From Selaginella moellendorffii (taxonomy: Eukaryota; Plantae; Lycopodiophyta): DNA of 64,000 nucleotides. The DNA lies in the NCBI RefSeq assembly GCF_000143415.4, contig NW_003314415.1, forward strand, positions 1 through 64,000, read 5' to 3'. Under the pieces are notes generated by a model. That model was given only the letters and a program-made list of their open reading frames with translations. It did not search any database and was not told the origin of the DNA. Shown in pieces: positions 10,064 to 24,425 of this stretch; the first letter of the stretch is position 1, and the number at the start of each line of letters is the position of its first letter. The translations under genes were made by a program, and so were the position numbers.

Positions 10064-11844
10064 TCCCAAACCCTAGACACGTCCTCCTCCCCAAGCTGCG
10101 TTGCGAGCACATAGCTTCCTCCTCCACACGGCTCCAACGCCGTCGCCAGCCCCGCCGCTCGCGATCCCCTCTCCTTGTCGCCAAGAACCCTACAGGCGCT
10201 CAGCAAGCTCGTCCACGCGATCCTGTCTGGCTCAAACGGCATTGCTTCGAGCAAATCCTCAGCCTCATCGACCTTCCCCGCCCGGGCAAGAAGATCGATC
10301 ATGATCTTGTAATGCTCCATCCCTGGCGCAATGCCGTGATCTCCCTGGATGGACTGGAAATATTTCCAGACCTGCGCGAAGATCCCCGCCTGGCCGCAAG
10401 CGTAGATCACATTCTTGAAGACGATGTCGTCGGGCGCTTCACCGTGGAGCGCCATGGCGTGGAAGAGCCTTAGGGCATCGCGGCCATGCCCGTGCTGGGC
10501 ATATGCCCCCACCATGGACGTCCAGGTGAGGATATTCTTGTACGGCATGGCGTCAAAGAGCTCGCGAGCGCGGCCCAAGTTTCCGCAGCGCCCGTACATG
10601 GCCACCAGGGAGGTGCCCACGACGTGGTCCGACTCGATCCCGGAACCGGCGAAGCTCGCGTGGAGGAGCTTTCCCTGTGGGAAGAGCCCTAATGCAGCGC
10701 AAGCGTCGAAGATCGCGCTCACCGTCTCGATTGTCGGCTGCTCGCCCTGGATCTCCATGAGCTTGAAGAGATCGAGGGCCTCGCGGCCGTGGCCGCGCTG
10801 GGCGTAGGCGGTGATCATCACATTCCAGGAGATTACGTGTGGATTGGCCATGGAATCAAAGATCGCTCGCGCTTTGGGCAGATCCCCGGCTTGGGCATAT
10901 GCAACCGCCATGCTCGTCTCGCACAGTCCATCATGGTGCGGCATTCCATGGAAGATCTCCTCGGCCTCGCCCAGATTCCCGGCCGCAGCGACCGTGGAGA
11001 GCGCGATCGTGGCGGTGACGAGGTCGTGGTGGGGCAATCGCTGGAACAAGGCCCTGAGTTCCTCGATGGATCTTCTCTTGGCGTAGGCCGAGAGCATTGC
11101 TGTCCACAAGATCTTGTCCCGGGGTGCCGCGCGATCGAAAACTCGCCAGGCATCGCGCGTGGTGCCGAATTGGGCGTAGGTCTCGATCAATGCCGTGGAT
11201 GGCACGGGATTTGGAGCGAGCCCGGCCTCGCAAATCGAGAGCTCGACCGTCCGCGCCTGGGCGTAGGAAGAACACGCATTGATCGTGCCTAGGAAGGTCA
11301 ATTGATTTGGGCGGAATCCCTCGAGCTTCATCCGGTGAAAGAGCTCCATCGCGTCGGATAGATGCCCGGTTCGGGTATATGCTGCAATCATAGCGTTCCA
11401 GGAGACAGTATCCTTGTAACAATTCCTGTCGAACAGATACCTGGCAGTCGCAAGATCCCCTTGTCGGGAGAATGCCGACATGAGACAGTTCCACGTGGTG
11501 GAATCTCGAATGGGCAGCCTGGCAAAGAGATCCTTGGCGTGCTGGAGATGCCCATTCCGGGTATATGCGTTGATAATGTGATTCCAGGAGAAGGTGTTGG
11601 GTGTTCGAATCCGGTCGAAGGCAGATCTCGCGCCATCCACGCATCCAAGGCTGCTGTACAATTCGAGCTGGATGTTTCCCAGAGAGGTGTCTCCACTGAA
11701 GTTGGAGCGAGAGATCTCACTGCAAACATGGTCAAGAGCTTCTTTGCTCGCGCATTCTCGCAGCTTTCGGGCGTATGAAGCTCGATCTAAGGATTTGGCC
11801 GTTGATGGCAGCTTCTGTTTTACCAGGGCGGACGCATTGTGCAT
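10045..11844 (-). CDS. PLS-class PPR protein with E domain, no DYW
   Basis: PLS and SS repeats; EHYKIMIDLLARAG...MPFEPDRIAWTSLLSAC; first ATG at 11844. Confidence 0.92.
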   Translation of the reverse strand: MHNASALVKQKLPSTAKSLDRASYARKLRECASKEALDHVCSEISRSNFSGDTSLGNIQLELYSSLGCVDGARSAFDRIRTPNTFSWNHIINAYTRNGHLQHAKDLFARLPIRDSTTWNCLMSAFSRQGDLATARYLFDRNCYKDTVSWNAMIAAYTRTGHLSDAMELFHRMKLEGFRPNQLTFLGTINACSSYAQARTVELSICEAGLAPNPVPSTALIETYAQFGTTRDAWRVFDRAAPRDKILWTAMLSAYAKRRSIEELRALFQRLPHHDLVTATIALSTVAAAGNLGEAEEIFHGMPHHDGLCETSMAVAYAQAGDLPKARAIFDSMANPHVISWNVMITAYAQRGHGREALDLFKLMEIQGEQPTIETVSAIFDACAALGLFPQGKLLHASFAGSGIESDHVVGTSLVAMYGRCGNLGRARELFDAMPYKNILTWTSMVGAYAQHGHGRDALRLFHAMALHGEAPDDIVFKNVIYACGQAGIFAQVWKYFQSIQGDHGIAPGMEHYKIMIDLLARAGKVDEAEDLLEAMPFEPDRIAWTSLLSACRVLGDKERGSRAAGLATALEPCGGGSYVLATQLGEEDVSRVWECERGA

Positions 11845-11949
11845 CCTACTATGCTCGCAAGAAGCTGCCACCAACGTTTAGATGCATCTAATCGTTGGTC
11901 AAATAAAGAAAAGAAAAGAAAAGAAAGAACTTGGTGAAAAATGTCTGGA

Positions 11950-13605
11950 AAACGGTGAAAGCAATTGCTCCAGGAACAACAATCCAAGGAGCTGGAAAAA
12001 GATTTAACGATGAATGGAACTATTCTTACACTTGAAACCTTCCTCCCACTTCACATCTTGAAAACATTGTTTTTAAAAACACCAGAATACAAGGTTGAGA
12101 AGCTCCTGTGTTTGGCACAAGCATACACGCCGATACTATGCTCATGTTTTTGGCAAACATACAAGGTTGGATCGACGTCTTTTATCAGCTCTGTATAGTT
12201 TTTTCTCGAGTCTTTTCTCAGCTCCGTAACATCTAGTCTTTTCTCATTTCCATGGCAATATTGTAGATCCCTGACATAAGTACGAGTATCCCAATCCATT
12301 CCCTGTGTAGTACAAATGTATGAGGTTCCTAGATTAACAAAAACAAGTCTATGGTTTACCTCTCCAAACTCCAACTTCTCATCTTTCATTTCTGCCGAAA
12401 TGCTCTGCTTTTATTTATTGCTTCCTGGTTAGCAAACAATTAGTATGACTAGTATATAAGGTACCTCTCTGGTGGTAATCAGCTCCTCTTCCTGAGGCAC
12501 TTTGGTTGGTGGATCCGAAACAATGAGCTCTCCTGTCAAATGCCGTTTGGATACGTTCTGTATTGCTGCTTTCCGCTTGTTAGTTGAAAGATACCCCAAA
12601 CAAGGCAAAACACAGATATCTTAGTCACCTGCTGGTTCTGGCACTTTGATTTTGGTGTTCTCTGGGGCTAGTTGCTCAGTGTCCTCAATTATCTCAACTG
12701 CGGGCTCCTGGCTTTAACCAAGACAGTAGAAAAAAAGCTACAAACCTTTTAGAGCTTTCTCCTTCTTCGTTCTGGTTTTCACTACAGGTGGAAGTGGCTG
12801 CAAAAGAAAAGAAAAAAGAAAAAGACAAAAAGAAAAAAAAAATGGTTTTTAAAATGCAGAACACCATGAAAGATATTCACCCCTTCTTTAGCTCTTTCCA
12901 AAAGCTCTTCTTCTGTCATGAGCTCGCATGGCATACCATCTGATCCATATTTTCTTCGGTCACTCTCTCGCACTGCAGCACCATAGAAAATTCTATCCCT
13001 TTCACCCCACCTCCTGGAAGAAAAAAACAAGCCATAAAATCATGTGGAAATATAATACGAACTCTTGGAGATGGAAGGTGGCGAGCTCCTTGGCCTCATT
13101 GGCCATTGTTAGGAGCTGAGCAAGTGCTGAGCGCTCGATCCTTGAAACAGTAAACCAAGAACCACGTCCATCAAGCAGAGCAATCGACAACCCTTCTGCG
13201 TTTGCTATGGAGTAGATTTGCTTAAGAGTAAGCTTTTTGTTCTCTCCATTCACAATGGCAGCAAACAATTGATCACCCAGCTTCTTCTTCGCCTTCCCCT
13301 TTTTCTAAACACACAGAAAGAAAAGGAAAGCACAAGCATTACCAACGCCATTCGCTGTAGCTAAGGAAATACGATCGAGCCAGATAAATAACCCTAGCTC
13401 CACAAGTTTTGTTTAAATAGTGAACCTTATAGAACCAAGTTAGGGAGTAAGTGTTAAAATTCTTTGCTGGATTGTCGTGATAAGCTCCGTATAGTTTTGC
13501 TGCCACCTTCGGACCTATCAACATTTTCGAATTACCAAAACAGTGAAGAAAAAGAGAAAAATTTCTACATGGAGGTGATGGTCGCTACAGTGCCCCAACA
13601 TTTCG
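11950..13605 (-). CDS. Unknown multi-exon protein, boundaries uncertain
   Basis: Chain of protein-like minus-strand segments (13339-13524, 13065-13300, 12870-13015, 12051-12400) separated by short T-rich GT-AG introns; no family recognised. Confidence 0.45.
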
Positions 13606-13932
13606 AAATGGACTTTAGTTCTCCTATTAAGTTATTATCTTATATATATCCGGCACTGTATTCTAGCTACATATTATAGCTATCTTAGACACTTAGCTCT
13701 TAAAATACTGCCTCTAATCAGGTATTTCATTATTACCCGAGGTCATTGTTACCCGGAAAATGAAAAACGATATACAAACAGCGACATCTCGTGGTTTGAT
13801 TATCTCGTTCCTGAAGAAGGCCTTACCTTTGGAGCACTAAAGATGCAAATATGAATTTCCAGAAGCATTTTCCATCCTAATCTGAAACTTCAGACAATTA
13901 GACTATTTCTTGAGCAAAAGAGAATGAACAAA

Positions 13933-15947
13933 TCAGGTGTCGCTGGTGAAGTCTAAGACCCTGTACTTCTGCGAGATAAGCTCCGCTTTCACTTTTCTGG
14001 CGGTATCAGTAGCGCAGCCGACGAGAATCAGGATTGATGTTCCTGCAAATCCCCTGAAAGCGGTCAAGTGTGTTAACCATTCCACGGCAGCAGGAGACAC
14101 AGCCATGATCACTAGAAAGGTGGAATCCAACACTGAAATCCGTGTGAGGACCTAGACGAGCAATAAAACCGGCGAAGTGTTATAAGAGCAACTTCAAGTC
14201 TAGATGAGTCTTACTGTCTCGATGAATGCGGCTGTGGCTTTTCCCGGCCTGACCGACGGGATAGAAGCGCCTTGACGCTTAAGTTGGTCGCTCACGTCCG
14301 AAGGATCTAGCTGCAAAAACGTGTAGAAATAGTTGAAGAACGCAATGAGCACTGCGTTCGTGGGAAGGTAGAATGATCCTGTTCAAAGAAGAAACTAAGT
14401 AAATCCAAAGGTGATGCAGATTGCATGATCACAAACCTCCTGGATTCAATGTAGCTACTATGTTGTTAAAACCTGTAGCTCCAGAGAATCGAGCTACGGA
14501 GGACGTGAGAGCTAGTGCCGATGTTGAAAAGATTATCGGCATCACACCCGAGCTGTTAATCTGGAGAGCAAAACCAGTCAGTCATAATATTCTTGACAAG
14601 AAAACACGTACTTTAAACGGAAGGTATGCAGATTTTTGAAGCCCTCCACTGTATCTCGAAGCATAATTCAAAGGAATTCTTCGCTCAGATTCCTGCAACA
14701 ATGGCCTTGAATAAGAAACTGCGATCAAAGACATTCTTCCAACGTACCTGCACATAAACTATTCCAAGCACGAGCAAGAAGAACGAAAGACCAATGGTAC
14801 CAAGGCCAGCGTAATTGGCATCCTTGAGTGCTTGGTCTATTGTTCGTCCGACAGAGGCAGGCAAAGATGATATGATGTTGGTGAAAATCAAAAGCGAAGT
14901 GCCATTCCCAAGCTTGATGTCTGATATCCTCTCTCCAATGTAGGACGTAAGAACAGCACCAATGGTAAGCAGGGATATAGAAGTGAAGATCCACCCCAAG
15001 CTAAAGTCGTCGGCGTAAGGGCGGATATAGAGAACTTGTCCAATAGCCTGCAAAGTTTCTCCTTCGTGAACAAACAAGAACTTCTTGTTGTCCAGCAAAA
15101 ACAGTACCTGGAAAATGGCGAAGGCAACCGAGGCGTAGCGCGTGTACTGGAGAACTTTCTTCCTTCCAGCTTCGCCTTCTTTCTTTTGGAGCCTCTCGAG
15201 TTCTGGGAAGAGCGATCCAAGCAGCTGGAACAAGATTTGAGCGTTGATGAACGGAACTATCCCGAGCGAGCACACACCGAGCCTTCCGATTCCACCACCG
15301 GAGAAGGCGTCGAGCGTCCGAAACAAACTGTTATCGGTCATGCTTCCAGAGAAGGCTGCCCTGTCAACTCCCGGTAGAGGGATATATGTCCCGACTCTTG
15401 ACAAAGCTAGCCACCCCAAGAGCAGTAAAAACTTCCCGGGAAGCTTGCCTCGAAAGAAATCCCCGAAATCGATCGAGCTATCCTCGATGGCAGCTGGAAA
15501 AGAAGAAAATGTGTAAGAACTACCTATACACGATATGGAAGAAAGAAAAGAATTTTTCCATACCCGCAATTCCCTTTCCAGTGGATTGCTTTCCAGAAGT
15601 TTGCTTATTGCCAATCGCTTTCATCGCAACAACGCACAAATCTCCCCAGGCCGCGACGAAATTTCCATTCGCTGGCTCGCAGATCCCCAGCGGGTCGAAT
15701 TCCCACTCGGCTCTCCGCCTGCGCAATCATTCCAGAGACTGCAGTGACAATTAAGCCAACAGCCAGGGATCAAAATGCCCTACCTGGAAGAACAAGGAGA
15801 AGAAGAAATCTTTACGGACATGGCTGCCCGAGCTCCGCGGAGGCGCCTGGAATCCACTCGTACCATTGCATTCCTCCATCCCCAATCGCGCGGCTGGTCC
15901 AGCCGCCGCTGTGGAGACCACTGCGATGCCACAGCTACAAGCGCCAT
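13933..15947 (-). CDS. SCY1: Thylakoid preprotein translocase SecY (cpSecY)
   Basis: SRVGTYIPLPGVD, SLGIVPFINAQI, LGNGTSLLIF, KVNSSGVMPIIF and FAGTSILILVG motifs; N-terminal transit-like sequence from ATG 15947. Confidence 0.95.
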
Positions 15948-16081
15948 AGCCGGGAAGAACCCTAAATTAGCTAGCCGTTAAACCTTTCGTTTAAATGGAA
16001 CTGTTAATCGAATTTTTTTTTGGACGCACTGTGCTCGAGGAGATTCTTTCCTTCCAATCAGAGAAAAATAATTTCCTTTCA

Positions 16082-17206
<1,125 letters not shown>

Positions 17207-17229
17207 TCCAAGAGCCCTAGCTCTCACTT

Positions 17230-17238
17230 AAACCCTAA
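17230..17238 (+). promoter_or_regulatory. Telo-box AAACCCTAA upstream of DPM1
   Basis: Exact motif about 25 bp from the start codon; related motifs lie near the starts of SCY1, ALKBH6 and the DYW-PPR. Confidence 0.45.
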
Positions 17239-17648
17239 AATTTAGAAGCTTTCGACTTCGGGTCTGATTATTTGACCGGTTTTGACGTACGAATCAACAG
17301 TGTAATTGCTGGTCTTTTTTGGATAAGTTTATCCACTGAACTTTGAGATTGGCTCTTCTTCTCTTTCTTGGCATCGTGTCGATCGTGATGTCTTTATCAG
17401 TCACTGACAATCGTCTCTGCTGGGCAAGGAATTTTAGACCATGGCAGCTTCGAGACTTGACGAGCCAACCTCTCCAACCTTTCTCACTCAGCCTCTTGAA
17501 GCTTGGATCGCAGCCGGGAGATGGCTGCAAGGAGAGATTTCAGTCTTACAACGCTACACCTTAAATCCTGCACCTTCATGGGAAAGAAAAGAAAAAAGAT
17601 TAGACCTTGCACAGAGAGATCACGTTTGCGTACCCGGTGAACTATGTA

Positions 17649-18220
17649 TCATGGATCGAATCTCAAGGAAACAACACGGGATTGCCTGTTGTGCTTCGCT
17701 AGCCTCGTGAAAACGCTCGTAAAACACGAGGGCGCCCACCACGGGGTTCTAACCTCCTGTTCTCCTCGCAAGCACGCCACTGGGACAATCCAAAAACCAA
17801 GCCAGTGAGCTCGAAATCTCCGTGAAAACTTCTCAAAGCTAGCTCTAGCTCCATCTCATGAAGATGGAAAAACAAAAATTCCAAGAGACAAAAAAGAGAT
17901 CTCATTGACTCACCTTTGATGTTGCGCAGCTCTTTACATAGCGTGATGAAGTCCCCCCATTTCATATGACACCGCCGGATGAACCGAAGGATTTGTTCCG
18001 TAGTGAACGAGGATAAGTTATCGAGATACTCGCCGTTCACTCCATTTTGCTTGAACGTCTCCCTGTAACTCCCGAGCCCGATCTCTTCGAGCCAAACGCC
18101 AACGTCCTGGAGGCGCGAGCGAAAGGGACGAGTTAGACGGCACACACAAGGAGAAGTCGTGTCTACCTCCGGTGTCCAGATGAAAAAGTCGAGCGGCTCC
18201 GGAGAAGATCCCGAGGTCAT
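17649..18220 (-). CDS. Small sterile alpha motif (SAM) protein, conserved plant family
   Basis: PEPLDFFIWT.EDVGVWLEEIGLGSYRETFKQNGVNGEYL...PWWAPSC...NRQSRVVSLRFDP*; 3 coding exons. Confidence 0.88.
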
Positions 18221-19502
18221 CTTTGGTCCGCTTCCGATAGTGGTGGTCGTCGGGAAGAACGAAGAAGATGAAGTTCAGCTCTTGGAATGAAGCAGCATGG
18301 CGATGATCTTCCTCATCTCCTCATCATGCTTTGAAGAGATAGAAAGAGAGGAGGGGAAGAATTCTTGCTCGATGGAGTACCTGGAATGGGATTTAGAGGC
18401 TCTTCCTCACCGACAGAGAAAATAAAGATTTAAAATACCTTCCAAGCCAAACTATGGCGGCTTCCAAGCCAGAGGCAGCGTGTTCTTGCGCTGGACGCGA
18501 GCACCCTAAATTCCAGCAACGCGATTAGCTCACCAAGAAAAGAAAGCCACGAATTTCTCGGTTAGAAGCTCCGCCGCAGCAAACGCTGGAGAATCGAGAA
18601 TGCAGGGCCAAGAAATTCATCCGCGCGACGCTCAGATTCGCGGGACGGGGAAGGGAGGCAAAATGCGGCACACTGGCAGATCGCTCACCTCCGAGAAAGA
18701 AAGTCTCCACAGCGAAGAGGGGCGCGAAGCGATGGAGGAGGAGAATTTCTTCGTAGCGGTGGGAGCGCGCTCTAATCTTGCTCGCGCCGCAACTAACACA
18801 ACACAGCCATAGCCAAAATAACCTAGAGAAGAAAAAGAAAAAGCGAATTTCTCTTGTCTTTAGCAAGTTAAAACAAATAAACGGCACTGTGTTTAAAACA
18901 AACCAGGGATTTAATCTCTTATCGCATATTCGAATACTAGCTTTTGGTGATCTAATAGAAAGATTTATAATTATGAGCACTAGATACACATGTACTTTTA
19001 ATACTCCACGAAAAAGTATGTGAGTGCTTTTATAAACTTGGAAGCTATCCATTCCTTGCAAGTTTATAAAAAGGATCTCTTTGCTTCGCTTTGGACAGGA
19101 GTGCGGGACTCACAACACAATCCCTTTTTTAAAGTTTAGAATCGATCAATCGTCTTTTTTTTTCTCGCAGTGACAACTTAACCACAAAAGTTGGCCTCTA
19201 GAATTTCTCAAGCAAAGCCTGGATCAAGACTCAAAACTCCCGTGAGTGAAAGAAGGCAAAGAAAAAAGAAAAAAAAAAGAAAAAGAAAAAGAAAGAACTT
19301 TGGAAAGCAATTAACAAGAGCTTCTAAGAATCGAGAGAGCGAGAGAAAGAGAAGGAACTGCGCTTGCTTCCTCGTTTTTCTTTCCTTTCTCTAGTTGATC
19401 TTCAAGTCTTCCTCCTCCAAACAGGAAAGCCTGGCTTGGCTCCTCACAAAACTTTTGCTGCGCTTTATAAACCATCTCCTCGAAACTTATTCCTGCCGGA
19501 GC

Positions 19503-21846
19503 TTAAGCCAGGTACCTGTAGAGCTTCCTGTCAACTTTGTCCCTCTCCAGAAACTCCCGCTCGATCAGCGACTCAATCCTCTTCTTGATCACCGCTGGAT
19601 TCGGCAAGAACCTGGCCTGGAGCTGCTTCGTCACCTCGCTCACAATGTTGTTGTGATCCAGTACCCGCCGCGACTTCATGATCCTCACGATGGCCGCTTC
19701 GATCTGCGGCTTCCGGTCCTCCTCCACCTTCTGCCGCGTCTCCTGCTTCTCCGGCTCGCTCTCCTTCTGCGCAACCACCGTGCTGATCTTCACCTTGTAA
19801 AGCTTGCTCGCGAACTTGTCGTTGAAGAGGAACACGTCGTCCTCGTTGATGTCCTTGCTCATCGGCTCCTTCCGCAAGACGTTCTTGCCTTTGACGAGCG
19901 CCAGAGACTGCAAGCACCGCTTCAAGTCCGCGGCTGGAATGTCCGTCGCCTGCTCGATCTCCCTGTAAGTCACCTTGTCCGCCATGTTGAAGAGCATGAG
20001 CACGCACATCTGGTACGTGGAGACGTTGAGCTCGTGCCGCGCACCGTTGCCAAACGTAGCCTTGAGGTCCGCGGTTCCCATATTCGTTTGCCAGGTGAGG
20101 CGTCTCCCGGTGTGCGTCGACAAGTAGTACGTCTTGAACTTGTCACACACCGAGAGGATCTCCGTCGGCAAGTTACACCTCGCGCCCGACTGCGTTGGCC
20201 AGGAGCCGGTTGTGAGAACCTGTACCGAGAGCGTCGGTGCCTCCCCTGGCTGCTCGCAGTTCGCCATCATCGAGCTAAAGCCTTGCATTGTGTCCCGGGA
20301 CGTCTTCATGTCCGTGAACATACCCTCGAGCTTGGACGTGAATTGGTAGCCGCACTCCGTCTTGAGCTTCACGATGAGGCTCCTCTCTGCGTCGTCCGAG
20401 ATGGTTCTCCCGGACAGGAGCCGCTTGGCGAGGTGCTGCTTGTAGTACTTCTCAAACACGTCCTTCTCCTGGAGGTAGCGGAAGAGCATCATCACTTTGT
20501 CCAGCACCGTCTCGATGTCCTCCTCGCTGACGCCCTTGAGCCCCTTGCGGAGCTTGTCGTCCACGAACAGCGAGATGAACTCGGGCGACCGGGCATTGAG
20601 GTTGATGAAGTACTCAAACGCCGAGTTCAAGGCGTTCTGGAACGTCTTGTCGTTGCTAAACGAGGAACGGATTATCCTGTCATACTTGTCCTTCTCGTCC
20701 AGGAGACGCTGCACGAACTCTACCGGGTCCTTGAGCCTCTCCGGGTCGACGACCAAGTTCTTGCCAACCTCCCTAAGGTGTGAAGTCATGAGATCGCGAA
20801 TCGTCTGGAGCCCTGTAGTGACCCGCCGGAAGAGACTATACATGCGAGCCAAGTCGTCATACTTGTCGTCAGTGAGCATCGAAACAAGCCCCGAGTTTTC
20901 CATCTCCACAAGCAGCTTCATGTGGTGGCCGATCATCTCCCTGTCCACAACAGATGTGATCTTTGGCTCGCTCCGAGGAAAGAGATAATGCGTCACCCTG
21001 TCCATCTCCTCGTTGAGCCTCCTCTCGGCCTTTTTCAAGTAGTCGGCACAGTCGCTGCTCTCGAGAAACTGCTGGGACTCTATCCTGTAAAAGTCCGCGG
21101 CCGCGTCCAGGAAAGGCTTCTCGAATTCCTCCTCGTACACCGCCACCCCCAAGTCCATCAACATCTTGGTGATGTTTCGCATCAAGCCTCTGTTGATCAC
21201 TTCCCCCGTCCTCTCCCTGTGAACCAAGTCGAGCAGCGTATCTCTCAACCTGTCCTTGATCGTCGGGCATCTCACGATCGTGTCTCGCCACAAGTTTAGC
21301 CCCAGCTCGTGGACGGGGGTCTTGCTGGAGTTCTGTACGTAAGTCCTGTCCATGTACATGAGGATGTCCCGGATCATTTGTAGAGCTTTGTTGTGCTCGG
21401 ACCATTTCCCGTTTAGCTCCTCGAGAAAGAGACCACCTTGCGCCGCCTCGATCACCCGAGAAAACTCTTGCAAATGCTGCGTCATCGTGGTTTCCAGCCC
21501 CGCGTAGAGCTTCTCTCCATACTTGTGAAGAACCATGTTGTAGGCATTCCTAGAAAGGAAGAACAAAAAAGACTTTAGCACAAGGAGGAAGAATGGATCT
21601 ACTCTAAAGAATGCAAATTCACGAGGAGCAAAGCAAAGAAAATGGAATGGAATGGAATCGCGGCAAAGGAAAGTAAAGCACGAACCTGTAGAGCTCCTCA
21701 AAGCTCAAGCCGCTGGCGTTGCGATTGTAAATCTCGTGAATCGCATCCTCCAATATCTTCCAGGTCTTCTCGGCATACCTGGGATCCATCTCGACCTTGT
21801 GCTTGAAGGGCTCGATCTTGAACGGCTTCTTCTTCGGCTGGCTCAT
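19503..21846 (-). CDS. CUL3: Cullin-3, 2 exons
   Basis: LSFEELYR/NAYNMVLHK, IRDILMYMDRTYV, EKDVFEKYYKQHLAKRLL and IEAAIVRIMKSR (neddylation Lys). Confidence 0.97.
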
Positions 21847-23268
21847 CTTTGCCGGGGCCGGTCGATCTGCTCCAAGCTCTCCCCCTAGGGTTTCTTTGCC
21901 CGACCCCAGCCCTAGGGAATCGTCGCCATGGAGTGCCGCGGGGGCGAGAATTCGTAGCGTCGCGGGAAAGAACACCGCCACTGGGAGAATGCGCTAGGGC
22001 TTGCCAGACGAAGAGTTCGCCATAGCCACTTTCTTCTCCTTTCTTTATTTTTGTATACGCACGGGTTAATTTTTTTTTCCCTCTTGTGCCATCTCAGCAA
22101 TGCGCACCATGTCATAAGCTACAAGCTCTGGTAAAAATCGTGTTTCTTCGCGACGAAGTGTATTGCTACGATTGTCTCGCTCGAAAACTTTGGAAGAGAT
22201 TGATCGAATCTCGCTCTATTGCCACCATTGTGTCGCTCGAAATCACTGCCAAAGATCGATCGAATCTAGTGTCACTCGATCTCTCTCTCTTTCTCAATCG
22301 ACGAAACGAAAGCTTACTTTTAGTTTACGAAGAGTGCCCAGTCGTGAACTTTGAGTGTTCTAAGGATCGTCTGGAAGACTTCCAGCGCGGAAGAACAGCC
22401 AGCCACAGCCGCTGGAACTGCGAATCCCGATCCACCCGATGCAGCGCTTTCGCTAAGAGCACTGGAGCAACGCATAGGAAAAGATCAAATCACCACTCAC
22501 TGCTCGCTCTTCGATTTCGCAGTACCTTATGTAAAGTGGCTCGTAGACGGAGATTAGAACATCAGTTTTCACGCTCCGCAGCCTCAGATTCGCCATATAA
22601 ATCTGTGATATCGTCGATGAGATCTTAGAACTCGTGATAGAAAAGCAAGGAACCTACTCTCACGATGTTAGCAGCGTCGGCACTTTGCCTGGATTTGGAG
22701 ACTTTCTGGAAGAACAAAATCGCGAAATTCTAGAAGAGAAACAAAGAATCGAGAGAGCATACCAGTTTTCCAACCGCGACGCCTTTGACAATCGATGGAT
22801 CGAGGAAAGGAACATCTCCTGGCTGGAGCTGGCTCACGCTTTCCATTTCCTGAGCGCACGGAGAATGAGAAAAAAAAAGAGAGATTGTTTCATACCATAA
22901 GAGCGTCCTGTTCGCTCGCAAGATCTTGCAAGAACCATGACGCGCTTTGCTCATCCGGAATCTCTGGCTTGAGCTCCAGAAGCTCCACAATCACGCTCTC
23001 GTCGCGTGATGCATCCGCAAAAACCTCCTATCGCCAAAGAAGTTTGTAAGAAATATTTTGAAACACTTGCGAGCTCTTGCCTGATTATCTGGAACCTCCC
23101 TGATGTTGCTCACGGTCTAGAGATTCTCCACAGTGAATCAATCGATCAATCAAGAGAAGGACGAAGAAACCTGGAATCTCGTGGGCAGTGAGCAGCTGAT
23201 CGCGCCTCCGAACAGGGGCTGCTCTGCAATGCGTTCCATAAACCCTAAAATATTTTCTAGGGTTCTTG

Positions 23269-24274
23269 ATGGAGCTCAGCAAATATGCCGTGGGACGCGT
23301 CGATAGCATCTTCTACATTCCGGATTTCATCACTGCCGCCGAGCAGAGCTTCCTGCTCCATCAGGTAAGGCGCTTCATCGGTCGATCGAGGAGCATCCAT
23401 TTTCTGTGTAGGTAAATTCCGCTCCTAGCTCGAAATGGAAGACGCTCACGAATCGGCGGCTCCAAAACTGGGGTAATCTCCCGGTTTTCTAGGATTTTTC
23501 TTGATCTTGCAGAGGATTTCTCAGGTGGAATCGTCGAATCGAATGGCCTCGTGCCTCAACCATGTTGGTACATTCTCGCTCATTCTTTTTCCTTTCTATC
23601 TTAGCAGACTTCTAAGAGAATGTGATGATTCCAACAGTGCCTTCTTGGCTCACAAAGATCACCGAGAAGATTTCTAGCGTGACAGGACTGTTTCCATCGC
23701 CGATCAATCACGTCCTCGTCAATGAATATCTTCCGGGCCAGGGAATCATGGTAAGTTTATCATGATTTCTTCCAAAACTATGATTTCCTTTTCGTTCATG
23801 CTCGCAGCTCCATCAAGATGGTCCAAGCTATTTTCCCGTAGTAGCAATTCTCTCTCTCGGCGCTCCAACTCTGATGAGATTCAAACCGCACCTTCGATTG
23901 ATCGAAGCCACGAAGGATTTGGAAAAAGCGCCAGAGAACACAAGCGTGGCTTTGCTGCCTGGAAGCTTGCTAATCTTCAAAGATGCTGCCTATCAAGGTA
24001 ACTGCAAAGCCTTCTTCCTTCCAAGCTCATCGTTTTCTCGAGTCTCAGACTATCTCCATGGGATTGACGAATCCAGAGAGCATCGTCTGGACGACAATGT
24101 AAGCTCGATCTTTTCCCAGTTTCTATGTTTCGATTAAAAACCGTGGCTGATTTTCAGGTCTCTAACACTCATCTTCTCGATCCAAAAACATCCATTCTCC
24201 AGCAAAACGAAGCTCGCGTTTCTCTCACTTGCCGTTTCGTTCCAAAGCTCCGGCGAAATTTCATCAAACTATAG
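23269..24274 (+). CDS. ALKBH6: AlkB homolog 6, 2OG-Fe(II) dioxygenase
   Basis: YIPDFIT, LTNRRLQNWGG, NHVLVNEYLPGQGIM.HQDGP.YFPVVAILSLG, YLHGI and RVSLTCR; ATG 23269, TAG 24272-24274. Confidence 0.9.
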
Positions 24275-24311
24275 ACATGATAGTCGCAATTTCATCAAAC
24301 TATAGACATGA
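24257..24311 (+). repeat. 24-bp direct duplication spanning the ALKBH6 stop codon
   Basis: aatttcatcaaactatagacatga at 24257-24280 and 24288-24311. Confidence 0.9.
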
Positions 24312-24425
24312 CAACACTAGAGACATAGAAAATGCTTGTACTGAGAATATGCCGGTTTAAAAAGGTTTTAAAGGAAGGAGGCAAAACTTCAATGAGCATT
24401 GTGAGGGAGAAGCTCCCCTCAATCC

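Noticed and set aside
13933-15947. SecY as bacterial contamination or horizontal transfer
   Set aside because: It has spliceosomal introns and a transit peptide, as expected for nuclear-encoded cpSecY.
17343-17564. Signal-peptide-like small ORF
   Set aside because: It starts at TTG and lies antisense to the SAM gene 3' region, with no other support.
19395-20783. 462-aa plus-strand ORF
   Set aside because: Antisense shadow of GC3-rich CUL3, with no independent motifs.
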